A stretch of 64,000 nucleotides of DNA from Armatimonadota bacterium. Its GTDB lineage: Bacteria > Armatimonadota > SYMT01. A program made the position numbers and the translations under genes. Location of the stretch: positions 32,001 through 96,000 of the forward strand of contig JBKBRF010000021.1 in NCBI GenBank assembly GCA_046292385.1. Reading direction: 5' to 3'. Of this stretch, positions 38,010 to 47,460 are shown in pieces. Every line of letters starts with the position of its first letter. The stretch's first letter is position 1. The notes under the pieces were generated by a model. It had not been told where the DNA came from, ran no database searches, and worked only from the letters and a program-made list of their open reading frames with translations.

Positions 38010-39014
38010 ATGCGAAGGTGGGCATGGCTCGCAGCGGCGGTGTTGGCCGTCGCCGGATCCGGAGCTTCTGCGGCAGCGCCTCAGCTCGCCGCGACAGCGC
38101 CTCAGCTCTCTGCGGCAGCGATCAACAATGCCGGCCCGGGCCAGCCCCTGCCGGGCGGCCGCGGGATGAATCCCGCCATCGTCAAAGCGCAGGTGCTGCT
38201 CGACCGGTCGATCGTGTCGCCCGGCGTCATCGACGGCTTTCCCGGGGGCAATACGACCAAGGCGATCCGCGTCTTTCAGCAGCTCAACCGGTTGCAGCCG
38301 TCCGGCGCGCTGGATGAGCCGACCTGGACCCTGCTGACTCGGATCACCAGCGATCCGGCCGTCGCGACCTACACGATCACGCAGGCCGACGTCACCGGTC
38401 CGTTCGTGCAGCGGATACCGACCAAGATGAAGGCGATGGCCGATTTGAAGTCGCTCGCCTACCGGTCTCCCCGCGAGCGGCTGGCGGAGAGGTTTCACAT
38501 GGATGAGGACCTCTTGCGAGCACTCAACCCGGGTGTCGACTTCACGAGGCCGGGCACTCAGATCCTCGTGGCGAACGTGCGCCGTGCGCCTTCCGGTGTC
38601 AAGGCGGCACTCATCACCGTTAATAAGCGGGCGCAGTCAGTAAGCGCGTTCTCCCGGGACGGACGGCTGCTCGCCTTCTATCCAGCCACGGTGGGGAGCG
38701 GTGAGTTCCCCTCGCCGTCCGGCGAGCGCAAGGTCACCGCCATCGCGTGGAACCCCACCTTTACCTACACGTCCAGACTCGAGTACTCGCAGGGACTGAA
38801 GCCCGGTGAGGGCGTTGTCATCCCCGCCGGTCCAAACAGCCCGGTCGGCCTCGTCTGGATCGACCTGAACAAGCGGGGCTACGGCATCCACGGCTCTCCG
38901 GATCCGGAGAAGATCGGCAAGCGTGCTTCGCACGGCTGCGTGCGCCTGACCAACTGGGACGCGCAGGAGCTGGCGCAGATGACCGAAAAGGGCACCACGG
39001 TCCGGTTCGAGTAA
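38010..39014 (+). CDS. L,D-transpeptidase (YkuD) with peptidoglycan-binding domain
   Basis: SPGVIDG..G.NT.KA..FQ PG-binding motif; GPNSPVG, YGIHG, SHGCVRL. Confidence 0.93.
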   Translation: MRRWAWLAAAVLAVAGSGASAAAPQLAATAPQLSAAAINNAGPGQPLPGGRGMNPAIVKAQVLLDRSIVSPGVIDGFPGGNTTKAIRVFQQLNRLQPSGALDEPTWTLLTRITSDPAVATYTITQADVTGPFVQRIPTKMKAMADLKSLAYRSPRERLAERFHMDEDLLRALNPGVDFTRPGTQILVANVRRAPSGVKAALITVNKRAQSVSAFSRDGRLLAFYPATVGSGEFPSPSGERKVTAIAWNPTFTYTSRLEYSQGLKPGEGVVIPAGPNSPVGLVWIDLNKRGYGIHGSPDPEKIGKRASHGCVRLTNWDAQELAQMTEKGTTVRFE

Positions 39015-39189
39015 GGCGCTTCTCCCCAGGAGAGACTCTGCGGGGCGCCCATCCACGTCCCCGGTTGGTTGCGAGTCGATCCATCGCATCTCTGGTCAGT
39101 GATTTCCAGTGTGTGCCATACTGGGATCTGTGCGGCGAGGCCGATGCTGACTCGAGCCGTCCCCACGCTGCCACCGGAGGGATCATCGA

Positions 39190-40962
39190 ATGCGATGCCG
39201 CGTCGGTCTGCTGCTGCCGCTCTGCCTTGCCGGAGCCCTGTTGGGGTTAGCTGCGGACCGGGGGAATGCCGGCGCCGGGCTCTCCGGACAGTCTGTCTTG
39301 CTCTCTGCTGCTTCAGAGCCGGGACTGCGCAAGCGCGTCTCGCTGAACGCGGAAGGGGCTCACGTCGAACAGGTGCTGACACAGCTCCAGGCGGTCTCGG
39401 GCGTGCGCCTGGAGGCGCAGGGTCGGGTCAAGGACGAACGCGTCGTAGCACTCGTCGCGGACGAAACGGTTGGGGAAGTACTCGACTCGATCGCGTCCCT
39501 GTATCGAGCGGGGTGGGTCCGGCAGCAGTCCGGATCGCGGGTGGTCTATCGCCTGGAGGAGCGGCCCAACCTGGAGCGGGACGAGGACCGGCTCCGGCGG
39601 CAGTGCCTGGAGCGCGCCATGGCGCGGCTGAGGGCGGGACTGTCGAACGGCCCCGCCCGCCCGGTCGATCCGCGGCGCGATTGGAGCAAGTGTTATGAGC
39701 TCGTGCTGCCCGCGATCAGCTCCCGCGCCGGGGAGCTGCTGCAAAGCGGCTATCTCGAGCTCGCGCCGGGTGAGCTCCCCGAACCGGCGCGGAGCGGTCT
39801 CCTCGCCGCACTGCAGCCGCGCCTGGACTACGAGCATGCCGCGTTCGTGGGGATTCAGGAGACGTTCGATGCGGACAGGCAGCCCGGGGCAGCCGGACTG
39901 GTTGTCCCAGAAGCGAAAGCTCCGCCGGCGGCGGCTGTGGATTGCCGGATCGCCGTCCGGTTCGTTCTCGCGGATGATCCGGGGATCCAGGTCGGGCTGC
40001 TGACGCCGAGCGGCGGGTACTTCCCCTGGCTCACCACCTCCGAGGCCGGCTCCGGCACCGTCGGGGTACGGCTCTATGAGACCGACGCTGCCTCCAAAGC
40101 CGCCGGGGAGCAGCCGGACGCGCAGAACGAGGAGAAAGACGGATCTCTCGACCGGGTGATCGCGCTGCGGCCGCCGCGCAGCAAGCGGGAACGGGACGCG
40201 AAGTACTGGATCGGACAGCTGCGTCGTCTCGCCGACTCCGCCCGGATCAGCATCTACGCGGACTGCTACGCGGACTATCGCTACGGGGACGACGGTCATC
40301 CTCGCGGAGGCGTTCGCTGGGCGGAACAGGGCACTCTGCGGGAGCTGTTAACGACCTTCTGTCGAGCTGAAAGCACTGCCGCGGGAGCCCTGCCACCGCC
40401 GCACAGCTTCTGGTGGCGCCGGAGCCAGTCGATCTTCGTCCGCAGCACGCGCTGGATCTGGCAGGAGCAGACCATCATCCCGGCCGCGATTTCGGAACAG
40501 ATCGGCCGGAGCCTGGAACGGAACGGGCGCCTCTCGCCGGATGACCTCTCCGCGCTAGCGGCTCTCAACCGGATCCAGCTGGCGGGCGCCGGGCCGGCAC
40601 GCGGCACGACGATCGGGTGGACCCTCGGCATCGAGGCGGCATCGCAGTTCAGCGTACCGGGCCGCGATCTGCTGCTCCGCTCCTTCCTCGTGTGGGAGCG
40701 CCTGCTCCCAGCAGACCAGGCGGTACTGCTGCGCCTGTTTCCAGGGAATGGGTCCGCGGTACCCGCGTATCAAGCTTCCGTCGAAACCCGACTCCGGAAA
40801 CTTGCCTCTCAGGGCGGCCTGGCTGCCACGCTGATCGTCGAAGGCCGCTGGAACGGAAACCGGGGTCTCACCGTTGCGCACCTCCCCCTGCCGGGGAAAG
40901 GTGAGAACGGGAAGACCGATCCCTCGCTGCTCGAGTGTAAACTCGTTCCCAATGCGTCGTGA
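39190..40962 (+). CDS. Secreted hypothetical protein with STN-like N-terminal domain
   Basis: Signal peptide; LRKRVSL....VEQVL..L...SGVRL; 590-aa uninterrupted ORF. Confidence 0.6.
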   Translation: MRCRVGLLLPLCLAGALLGLAADRGNAGAGLSGQSVLLSAASEPGLRKRVSLNAEGAHVEQVLTQLQAVSGVRLEAQGRVKDERVVALVADETVGEVLDSIASLYRAGWVRQQSGSRVVYRLEERPNLERDEDRLRRQCLERAMARLRAGLSNGPARPVDPRRDWSKCYELVLPAISSRAGELLQSGYLELAPGELPEPARSGLLAALQPRLDYEHAAFVGIQETFDADRQPGAAGLVVPEAKAPPAAAVDCRIAVRFVLADDPGIQVGLLTPSGGYFPWLTTSEAGSGTVGVRLYETDAASKAAGEQPDAQNEEKDGSLDRVIALRPPRSKRERDAKYWIGQLRRLADSARISIYADCYADYRYGDDGHPRGGVRWAEQGTLRELLTTFCRAESTAAGALPPPHSFWWRRSQSIFVRSTRWIWQEQTIIPAAISEQIGRSLERNGRLSPDDLSALAALNRIQLAGAGPARGTTIGWTLGIEAASQFSVPGRDLLLRSFLVWERLLPADQAVLLRLFPGNGSAVPAYQASVETRLRKLASQGGLAATLIVEGRWNGNRGLTVAHLPLPGKGENGKTDPSLLECKLVPNAS

Positions 40963-40981
40963 GCGCGTGCCGGGCCGCCGC

Positions 40982-41995
40982 TCAGCGCTGCCAGTAGCGG
41001 CGCTGGGCGGCGTCCAGGGCGGCGCCGAGGAAGATCACCGCTCCCTGCACCAGCTTCTTCCAGCTCGTGTCGCCGAACTGGCCGCCGAGCATCGGGAGGC
41101 CGTTGAAGAGCAGCGCGAGGAGCAGGAAGCCGAGGAACGTGCCGCCTACCCCGCCGCGGCCGCCGGTGAGGCTGGTGCCGCCGATCACCACCATCGCGAT
41201 CGCGTTGAGCTCGAAGGCGTCGCTGAGGGCCACCTTCGGGTCGGCCGTGTGGTTGACGCCCATCTGCATCACGGCGGCGAGCCAGGCGCAGACAGCGGAG
41301 ATGACGTATGCGGAGAGCTCCACCCACCGCACCGGCACGCCGTTCAGCCGCGCCGCCTCCCGGTTGGAGCCGACCGCGTAGACGTACCGCCCGTAAGAAG
41401 TGCGCGCGAGCACCAGCGCGGCCAGCGCGTAGAGCGCCAGCACCGCCGGGAGCATCACCGGGAAACGAGTGCCCAGGAGCGGGAAGTCGGTCCCGCCGAG
41501 CCACTCCAGCTCCGGCGGGAGCGGGGAGATCGACTGGTTGTTGGAGATCAGGAGCGCACCGCCGTACGCCGCCACCATCACCGCCAGCGTGACGATGAAC
41601 GACGGGATCCGGAAGACCGCCACGCAGGCACCGACCGCTCCCCCGATCGCCAGCGCCGCCCCGAAGCCTCCCGCCAGCGCCGCCGCGGGCGGAGCGCCGG
41701 AGCCTTTCCAGAGCCCGGCCATGACGAACATCAGGAGCATCATCAGGAAGCCGACCGAGAGGTCGATCCCCCCAGTGAGGATGACGAACGTCATCCCGAG
41801 GGCGAGCACCGCCACCGGGCTGTAGTACTTGAAAATCAGCGCGACGGTGTTCCAGCTCAGGAACGTCGGCTGCGCCCGCGCGAAGATCACCGCCAGCACG
41901 ACGATTACCGCCAGGACGCCAAGCTGCGTCGCAAACTTCCCGATCCGGAGCGACGGCGCCCCGGCAGCGGTCTTCTCCAGCATTCCGCTCCGCAC
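40982..41995 (-). CDS. Sugar ABC transporter permease (RbsC family)
   Basis: GMTFVILTGGIDLSVG, IPSFIVTL, YAVGSNREAARLNG, ELNAIAMVVIGGTSL.GG.G. Confidence 0.95.
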   Translation of the reverse strand: MRSGMLEKTAAGAPSLRIGKFATQLGVLAVIVVLAVIFARAQPTFLSWNTVALIFKYYSPVAVLALGMTFVILTGGIDLSVGFLMMLLMFVMAGLWKGSGAPPAAALAGGFGAALAIGGAVGACVAVFRIPSFIVTLAVMVAAYGGALLISNNQSISPLPPELEWLGGTDFPLLGTRFPVMLPAVLALYALAALVLARTSYGRYVYAVGSNREAARLNGVPVRWVELSAYVISAVCAWLAAVMQMGVNHTADPKVALSDAFELNAIAMVVIGGTSLTGGRGGVGGTFLGFLLLALLFNGLPMLGGQFGDTSWKKLVQGAVIFLGAALDAAQRRYWQR

Positions 41996-42099
41996 TTCCT
42001 AATCCAAGCCGACGCCCGGACCCACCCGCCGTGGGGGGCGTCCTGACCGGCACTAACTGTGGCCCGCCCGTGGTCGGCAGTCCTCGTCTTCCTGCCCTA

Positions 42100-42256
42100 G
42101 TCATCCTGACAGGAGGGGAGGATCTACGTCACGCGGCTCTCCGCAAGTACGTCTGGCTGCCGTTCGGGAGCGCCCCGCCAGGCCGCATCATCGTCACTCC
42201 GATGCGTGCTCCGGACCAAGACGGCTGCCGAGATTCTTCACTCCGTTCAGAATGAC
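42100..42256. repeat. GTCAT..ATGAC inverted REP-like pair
   Basis: GTCATCCTGACAGGAGGGGAGGATCT ... AGATTCTTCACTCCGTTCAGAATGAC. Confidence 0.6.
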
Positions 42257-42454
42257 AAATCCGCGGAACGGTGCCTCGATCGAAGCGCCGGACGGCTATC
42301 GATGGGGCGGTGATCCGCTTCTTCGGGTGTGGCCGACCCTCGGCCGTGCCTGCGGCTCACGATGACTGGAGTGTAAGACGGTTGCAGCCTCCCGCGCACG
42401 GCCTCTCCCCGTCCCTCTGTCTCTCCGTCCCTCTGTCCCTCTGTCCCGGGAAGG

Positions 42455-43567
42455 CTACACGCCGCCCTTCAGCTGGTCGGCCCAGAGTTTACCCTGCTGC
42501 TCCTGGGCTTCCTTCTGGGTGACCAGGTGGTGGCGGATGGCGATGTAGGTGCTGTCCGGCTGGCTGCCGTTCAGGACCTTGCGGAGCTGCTTCACCGTCT
42601 CGCGGCCCATCTCGATCGGCTCCTGGGAGACGGTCGCCTCGATCTCCCCGGCGCGCACCGCGTCGATCACCGGCTTGTTGCCGTCCATCCCGACGATCAG
42701 CACCCGCTTCGGATCGTTCGGCTCGCCGCGGCCCTTCTTCACGTCTTTGACCGCGTTCAGGGCGCCGATGGCGTTGTCATCGTTGTGGCAGAAGAGCAGC
42801 TCGATGTCCGGGTTCGAGGTGAGGATCGGAGCGATCTCCTGCTGGCTCTTCGCCGCGTTGAAGTTGCCGACCGCCTTGATGATCTTCACGCCGGGGGTCT
42901 TCGTGGAATTGAAGACCCGCTCGAACCCGGCGGCGCGGTCCTGGGCGGAGCTGGCCGCTTCCAGGCCCCAGAGATGGACCACCGTCGCGGAGAGCTTCTT
43001 CACCTCCTCCGCATTGGCGGGGTCGAGGCCTCGACGTTCGCAGAGCAGCTTCATCGCGTGCTCCGCCGCCATCTCCCCCATCGCCACGTTGTCGGTCTCC
43101 ACGGTGCAGGCGACCTCGGCCCCGTCCGCCGTGACCCGGCGGTCGATGCAAAAGACCGGAATCCCCGCCGCGTTGGCCGCCTTCACCGGGTTCACCGCCT
43201 GGGTGGCGTCGACCGGCACCATGACGATCGCCTTGACCCCCTTCTGGATCAGCTGGTCGACCTGCTGCTGCTGCTGGGTCGCGCTGTCGTCCGCCACCAC
43301 GAACTCGCCCCGCATGCCTTCTTCCGCGAGCTGCTCCTCCACGCCCTGGCGCATTCCGATGAAGAAGTTGTGGTTCATCGAGGAGAGCGCCACGCCGACT
43401 GTCTCGCCGGACACCTGCATGCCGCCGCCGCCGTTGCCGAGGGTAGCGCCGGAGTTGTCGCCGGCGGTGCCGCCGCTGCAGCCGGCGAGCGCGAAGGACA
43501 GGGCGGTCAGGCCGAGCAGCGCGGAGCGCCGCGAAAAGAGGGTTCTGGGGGAGAAGATGGAGTTCAT
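42455..43567 (-). CDS. Sugar ABC transporter substrate-binding lipoprotein (RbsB family)
   Basis: LAGC lipobox; HNFF, IDR, TDN, DRAAGF, HNDD, GMDG, TVSQ. Confidence 0.92.
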   Translation of the reverse strand: MNSIFSPRTLFSRRSALLGLTALSFALAGCSGGTAGDNSGATLGNGGGGMQVSGETVGVALSSMNHNFFIGMRQGVEEQLAEEGMRGEFVVADDSATQQQQQVDQLIQKGVKAIVMVPVDATQAVNPVKAANAAGIPVFCIDRRVTADGAEVACTVETDNVAMGEMAAEHAMKLLCERRGLDPANAEEVKKLSATVVHLWGLEAASSAQDRAAGFERVFNSTKTPGVKIIKAVGNFNAAKSQQEIAPILTSNPDIELLFCHNDDNAIGALNAVKDVKKGRGEPNDPKRVLIVGMDGNKPVIDAVRAGEIEATVSQEPIEMGRETVKQLRKVLNGSQPDSTYIAIRHHLVTQKEAQEQQGKLWADQLKGGV

Positions 43568-43769
43568 CGGCTTCGCAAGTGAGGCAGGTGGGGACGATCC
43601 GCACCGACAACTATCGCTCCGATACTGTTGGCCCTCGGCGGCCCGGGTTCCTTACTGCGAGGGTGTAGCGTTTCAGGTGCAGCGTGCAGCTCGAGAAGAG
43701 CTGCGGCGTTCCGTCCCTGGTCCGTTACCATCCCCCGTTCCGCCCTGGTGCCGGTCTGATGAAACGATC

Positions 43770-44639
43770 ATGCCTGTCCCTACCAGCTTCCTTTCCGAGA
43801 TCATCGCCCTGTTCGGCCAGCCGGTGGCCGAGAACCCGACCCAGTACATGCACGAGCGCGCGTTCGAGTCGCTGGGACTGAACTGGCGCTACGTCACGCT
43901 GGAAGTTCCCCCGCCGGCGCTGCCGGACGCGGTCCGCGGCATGCGGGCGATGAGCTTTGCCGGGGCCAACTGCACCATCCCGCATAAGGTAGCGGTGATG
44001 GAGCACCTGGACGAGATCACCCCGGCCGCGCGCAAGATTGGCGCGGTGAACACGATCGTCCGGCAGGCGGACGGCAGCCTGCTGGGTGAGAACACTGACG
44101 GCAAGGGCTTTATCCGCAGTGTGCGCGAGGCGGGCGGCGACCTCGCCGGCGCGCGGGCCGTGGTGCTGGGGGCGGGCGGCGCGGCCCGCGCCATCGCGGT
44201 GGAGCTGGCGGAGGCCGGCGCGCGCCACGTCACCATCGTGAACCGTACCCGGGAGAAGGGCGAGGCGCTGGCGGCGCAGGTGCGGGAGCGGACCTCCGCG
44301 GAGACCCGCTTCGAGCCGTGGGCCGGCGACTACGCCGTGCCGGCGGACACCCAGCTTCTGGTCAACGCGACCAGCATCGCGCTCTTCCCGGACGTGGACG
44401 ACCGGGTGCCGGTCGATTACTCCACCCTCCGACCGGGAATGCTCGCCTGCGACGTGATCCCGAATCCGCCAAGCACCCCGTTCCTTCGCCTGGCGGCGGA
44501 GGCGGGGGCCACCCCGCTCGACGGGCTGGGGATGCTGGTCTACCAGGGCGCCATCGCGTTCAAGATGTGGACCGGCCACGACGCGCCGGTCGACGTGATG
44601 CGCGGCGCCCTGGAAGAGGTGTTCGCGGCCGGGTCGTAG
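43770..44639 (+). CDS. aroE: Shikimate dehydrogenase family protein
   Basis: GANCTIPHK, GAVNT, ENTDG, GAGGAAR, NRT, DGLGMLVYQG. Confidence 0.88.
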   Translation: MPVPTSFLSEIIALFGQPVAENPTQYMHERAFESLGLNWRYVTLEVPPPALPDAVRGMRAMSFAGANCTIPHKVAVMEHLDEITPAARKIGAVNTIVRQADGSLLGENTDGKGFIRSVREAGGDLAGARAVVLGAGGAARAIAVELAEAGARHVTIVNRTREKGEALAAQVRERTSAETRFEPWAGDYAVPADTQLLVNATSIALFPDVDDRVPVDYSTLRPGMLACDVIPNPPSTPFLRLAAEAGATPLDGLGMLVYQGAIAFKMWTGHDAPVDVMRGALEEVFAAGS

Positions 44640-44744
44640 GACGTCGGCTCCGCCGCGAGCTGCTGCGCGGCCTGACCCGCACGTGCGGGTGCGCTGCAGA
44701 ACGATCGACGCTCCAGGGCCCTCGTCCCCGCAGGCCGAAGGCCC

Positions 44745-44883
44745 TGGAGTGCGGGAGCTTGCTCCCGCGTTCGCTGCCGTATGCGATACCGAGCCGTCGA
44801 AACCGGAAGAACCCTGCGTCGGCCTGGGAGTATTCTGCGTGAGCGGCAGGCTCCCCAAAGCGGCAGCAAGCTGCCGCACTCCA
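44745..44883. repeat. TGGAGTGCGG-type REP pair (BIME-like)
   Basis: TGGAGTGCGGGAGCTTGCTCCCGC and inverted copy AAAGCGGCAGCAAGCTGCCGCACTCCA. Confidence 0.7.
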
Positions 44884-44982
44884 CATACCAGCCCGCGTGC
44901 TGATCCCGCTTCACCCACAGAGTGAACCGGGCAGGTAGCTCCGTGGGGAATGTGTCACACAGCGAGGGCTTGCCTCTCCGCG

Positions 44983-46485
44983 CTACTCGTCTTGCTCGAA
45001 CTCCGCCAGGGCGCGCTCCAGGCGGAGCTGGACGGCGGCACGATCGGAGGCGGCGAGCGCCTGCTCCTGGGCGGGAGTCGGCTGCCAGCCGCGGCGGTCG
45101 AGGCCGCGAAACGGCTCCCGCAGCTTGCGGTAGGCGCCGTCGGTCCAGAGGCTCTCGCCCGGCAGGAACGAGTACTCGAGGCTGTTTCGGGCGAGCTCCT
45201 TCAGGTCGGCGTAGGAGAGGTCCCAGCTTCGCGCGGCGCGGAGGTACTCCAGGGTGATGTTGCTGCGGGAGACCGCGTCGTCGTCGGTGTTGAGCGTGAG
45301 CGGGACGCCGGCCTTGCGGTAGAAGTGGAACGGGTAGTCGCTTCCGCTCTTCCCCAGGATCACGGCGGCGCTGGTGGGGCACACCTCCACCGCGATCCGC
45401 TCGTCGCGCATCTTCCGGAGGAGCTGTGCCGCGTTGTCTTCCCACGCCACCGCGGTCCCGTGGCCGATCCGGCGGGCGTGCCCGATCTCGATCGACTTCC
45501 GGATGTGGCTGGTGAGGTCTTCCAGCGGCGCCAGGGTGACGTTCAGCTCTCCGGCGTGGAGCGTCACGTTCGGGCGGTCGAACTGCTTCCAGAGGAAATC
45601 GAGGATCGCCATGTGGCGGTCGAACCGCTCCCGGGCGATCGGATGGTCTTCCGGCGCGGCGAAGTTGACCCCCACCACGCGCCGGTCCTCCTGCATCAGC
45701 GCGAAGGCGGCCGCCCACGCGGCGAAGATCGTGGCATCCGGTCCGGTGCGGTAGGCGGTGATGAGGTAGCGCACCGTGACCGGCCCTCCTGGCCCGGACA
45801 GCGGCGCCGGCACCTCTGCTAGACGGGCGACCTCCCGGTCGAGACGGTCCAGCTCGGCGCGAGCTTCGCGCACGTAGTCCGGCAGCAGGGGCCGGATCCG
45901 CTGCAGCACCTGGGCGTCCGTCCCCGGCTCCGCCGCGGCGGCGCGGAGGCGCGGGATCACGGAGGTCTCCGGGGAATGCATCAGCTCCAGGTACTGCAGG
46001 TTCTGCATGCGGGCCCGCCGAACGATCTCCGCAAGCGCCACGGCGTCGTCGGTCTTCTGCCAGCCGCTTCCGAGGGGCCCGAAGGCGGAGAAGAAGTGGT
46101 CGTGCCCGCCCGCCGCTCCGCCGAACGGCCCGCGCATGGTCGCACGGTTGAAGTAGGCGTAGCGCAGCGGGTCATCGGTCAGCAGCCGCGAGGCCGGCAC
46201 GTTCTCCGCGCTCTGCTCCGCCTCGAACCGGAAGAGCCGCGGGTTGTAGAAGAGCCCCTGCCGCACCGCCTCGCGCAGCCCGTGCTCCACAAAGACCGAG
46301 CCGCCGGCGTGGTTGTGGAGGTCGCCGCCCTTCGGCATCGCGCGCAGGAAGGCGATGAGGGATGGCTCATCGGCAAGCGCCTCCCGGAAGCGGCGCGCCG
46401 TCGAGCGCTGGTCGCCGGTAGCGGGCGCGAGAGGCAGGACGACCGCGAGCAGAAGTAGAGCGAGCAGGCGGGCGAGAGGTCTCAT
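44983..46485 (-). CDS. Secreted adenosine deaminase family protein
   Basis: Signal peptide; MPKGGDLHNH, LHAGE, RIGHG, VEVCPTS, NTDD. Confidence 0.88.
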   Translation of the reverse strand: MRPLARLLALLLLAVVLPLAPATGDQRSTARRFREALADEPSLIAFLRAMPKGGDLHNHAGGSVFVEHGLREAVRQGLFYNPRLFRFEAEQSAENVPASRLLTDDPLRYAYFNRATMRGPFGGAAGGHDHFFSAFGPLGSGWQKTDDAVALAEIVRRARMQNLQYLELMHSPETSVIPRLRAAAAEPGTDAQVLQRIRPLLPDYVREARAELDRLDREVARLAEVPAPLSGPGGPVTVRYLITAYRTGPDATIFAAWAAAFALMQEDRRVVGVNFAAPEDHPIARERFDRHMAILDFLWKQFDRPNVTLHAGELNVTLAPLEDLTSHIRKSIEIGHARRIGHGTAVAWEDNAAQLLRKMRDERIAVEVCPTSAAVILGKSGSDYPFHFYRKAGVPLTLNTDDDAVSRSNITLEYLRAARSWDLSYADLKELARNSLEYSFLPGESLWTDGAYRKLREPFRGLDRRGWQPTPAQEQALAASDRAAVQLRLERALAEFEQDE

Positions 46486-46567
46486 GCCAGATCGTTAAGG
46501 GATCGGCCCGCCGTTTCCTGTCGCGGAGCGCGCGCAGCCGAAGGACGAGTGAGAAGGAGAGATCCGG

Positions 46568-47449
46568 ATGTCGCAGTGGAACCGGAGAGAATTGCTGCTC
46601 GGAGCGGTGCCGGCGCTGGGCGCCGCCTCGCTGGGGCTGACGGCCCCGGCTGCCGCCCAGGCGCAGGGCGCCGACCCGCCGTTCAAGCTTGGCACGGTGA
46701 CCTACAACGTGCCGAAGGACTGGGACTTCCCCACGCTGGTGAAGCTGCTTCCGCAGGCGGGAGTCTCCGCCGTGGAGCTGCGCACCACGCACGCGCACGG
46801 GGTGGAGCCCTCGCTCGGCGCGTCCCAGCGGGCGGAGGTAAAGCAGCGCGCGGCGGACGGCGGCCTGGTGCTCTGGGGCCTGGGCACCACGTGCGAGTTC
46901 CACAGCCCGGACCCGGCGGTGGTGCGGGAGAACATCCGGACCTGCGGCGAGTTCGTGAAGCTGGCGCGGGACATTGGCGCGCGGGGCGTCAAGGTGCGTC
47001 CGAACGGCTTCCCGAACGACGTGCCGCAGGAGAAGACACTGGAGCAGATCGGTCGCGCGCTGCGGGAGTGCGGCCAGGTCGCGGCGGACCACGGCGTGGA
47101 GATCTGGGTGGAGGTCCACGGCGCCGGGACCCAGGAGCCGCGCCACATGCGGACGATGCTCGACCACTGCGGGCACCCGTCGGTCGGCGCCAACTGGAAT
47201 AGCAACGGGACCGACGTGAAGAACGGCTCCGTCAAGGAGAGCTTCGAGCTGCTCCGCCCCTACCTGAAGAGCGTCCACATCAACACCCTGTGGGGCTCCT
47301 ACCCCTACCGGGAGCTGTTCGGCCTGCTCCGCCAGGCAGGCTACGACCGCTACACCCTCTGCGAGGTAGCGAGCCCCGTGAGGCCGGAGGAAGGCGTGCT
47401 CTTCTTCCAGTGCTACCGCGGGCTGTGGAGAGAGCTGGCCCGGGGCTGA
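46568..47449 (+). CDS. Tat-exported sugar phosphate isomerase/epimerase (xylose-isomerase-like TIM barrel)
   Basis: NRRELL Tat motif; VELR, IWVEVHG, SVHI, LCE. Confidence 0.85.
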   Translation: MSQWNRRELLLGAVPALGAASLGLTAPAAAQAQGADPPFKLGTVTYNVPKDWDFPTLVKLLPQAGVSAVELRTTHAHGVEPSLGASQRAEVKQRAADGGLVLWGLGTTCEFHSPDPAVVRENIRTCGEFVKLARDIGARGVKVRPNGFPNDVPQEKTLEQIGRALRECGQVAADHGVEIWVEVHGAGTQEPRHMRTMLDHCGHPSVGANWNSNGTDVKNGSVKESFELLRPYLKSVHINTLWGSYPYRELFGLLRQAGYDRYTLCEVASPVRPEEGVLFFQCYRGLWRELARG

Positions 47450-47460
47450 TTCCGAACCGG

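Noticed and set aside
38074..38120. 21-bp tandem duplication (APQLAAT/APQLSAA) in the L,D-transpeptidase
   Set aside because: Small in-frame linker duplication after the signal peptide; ordinary.
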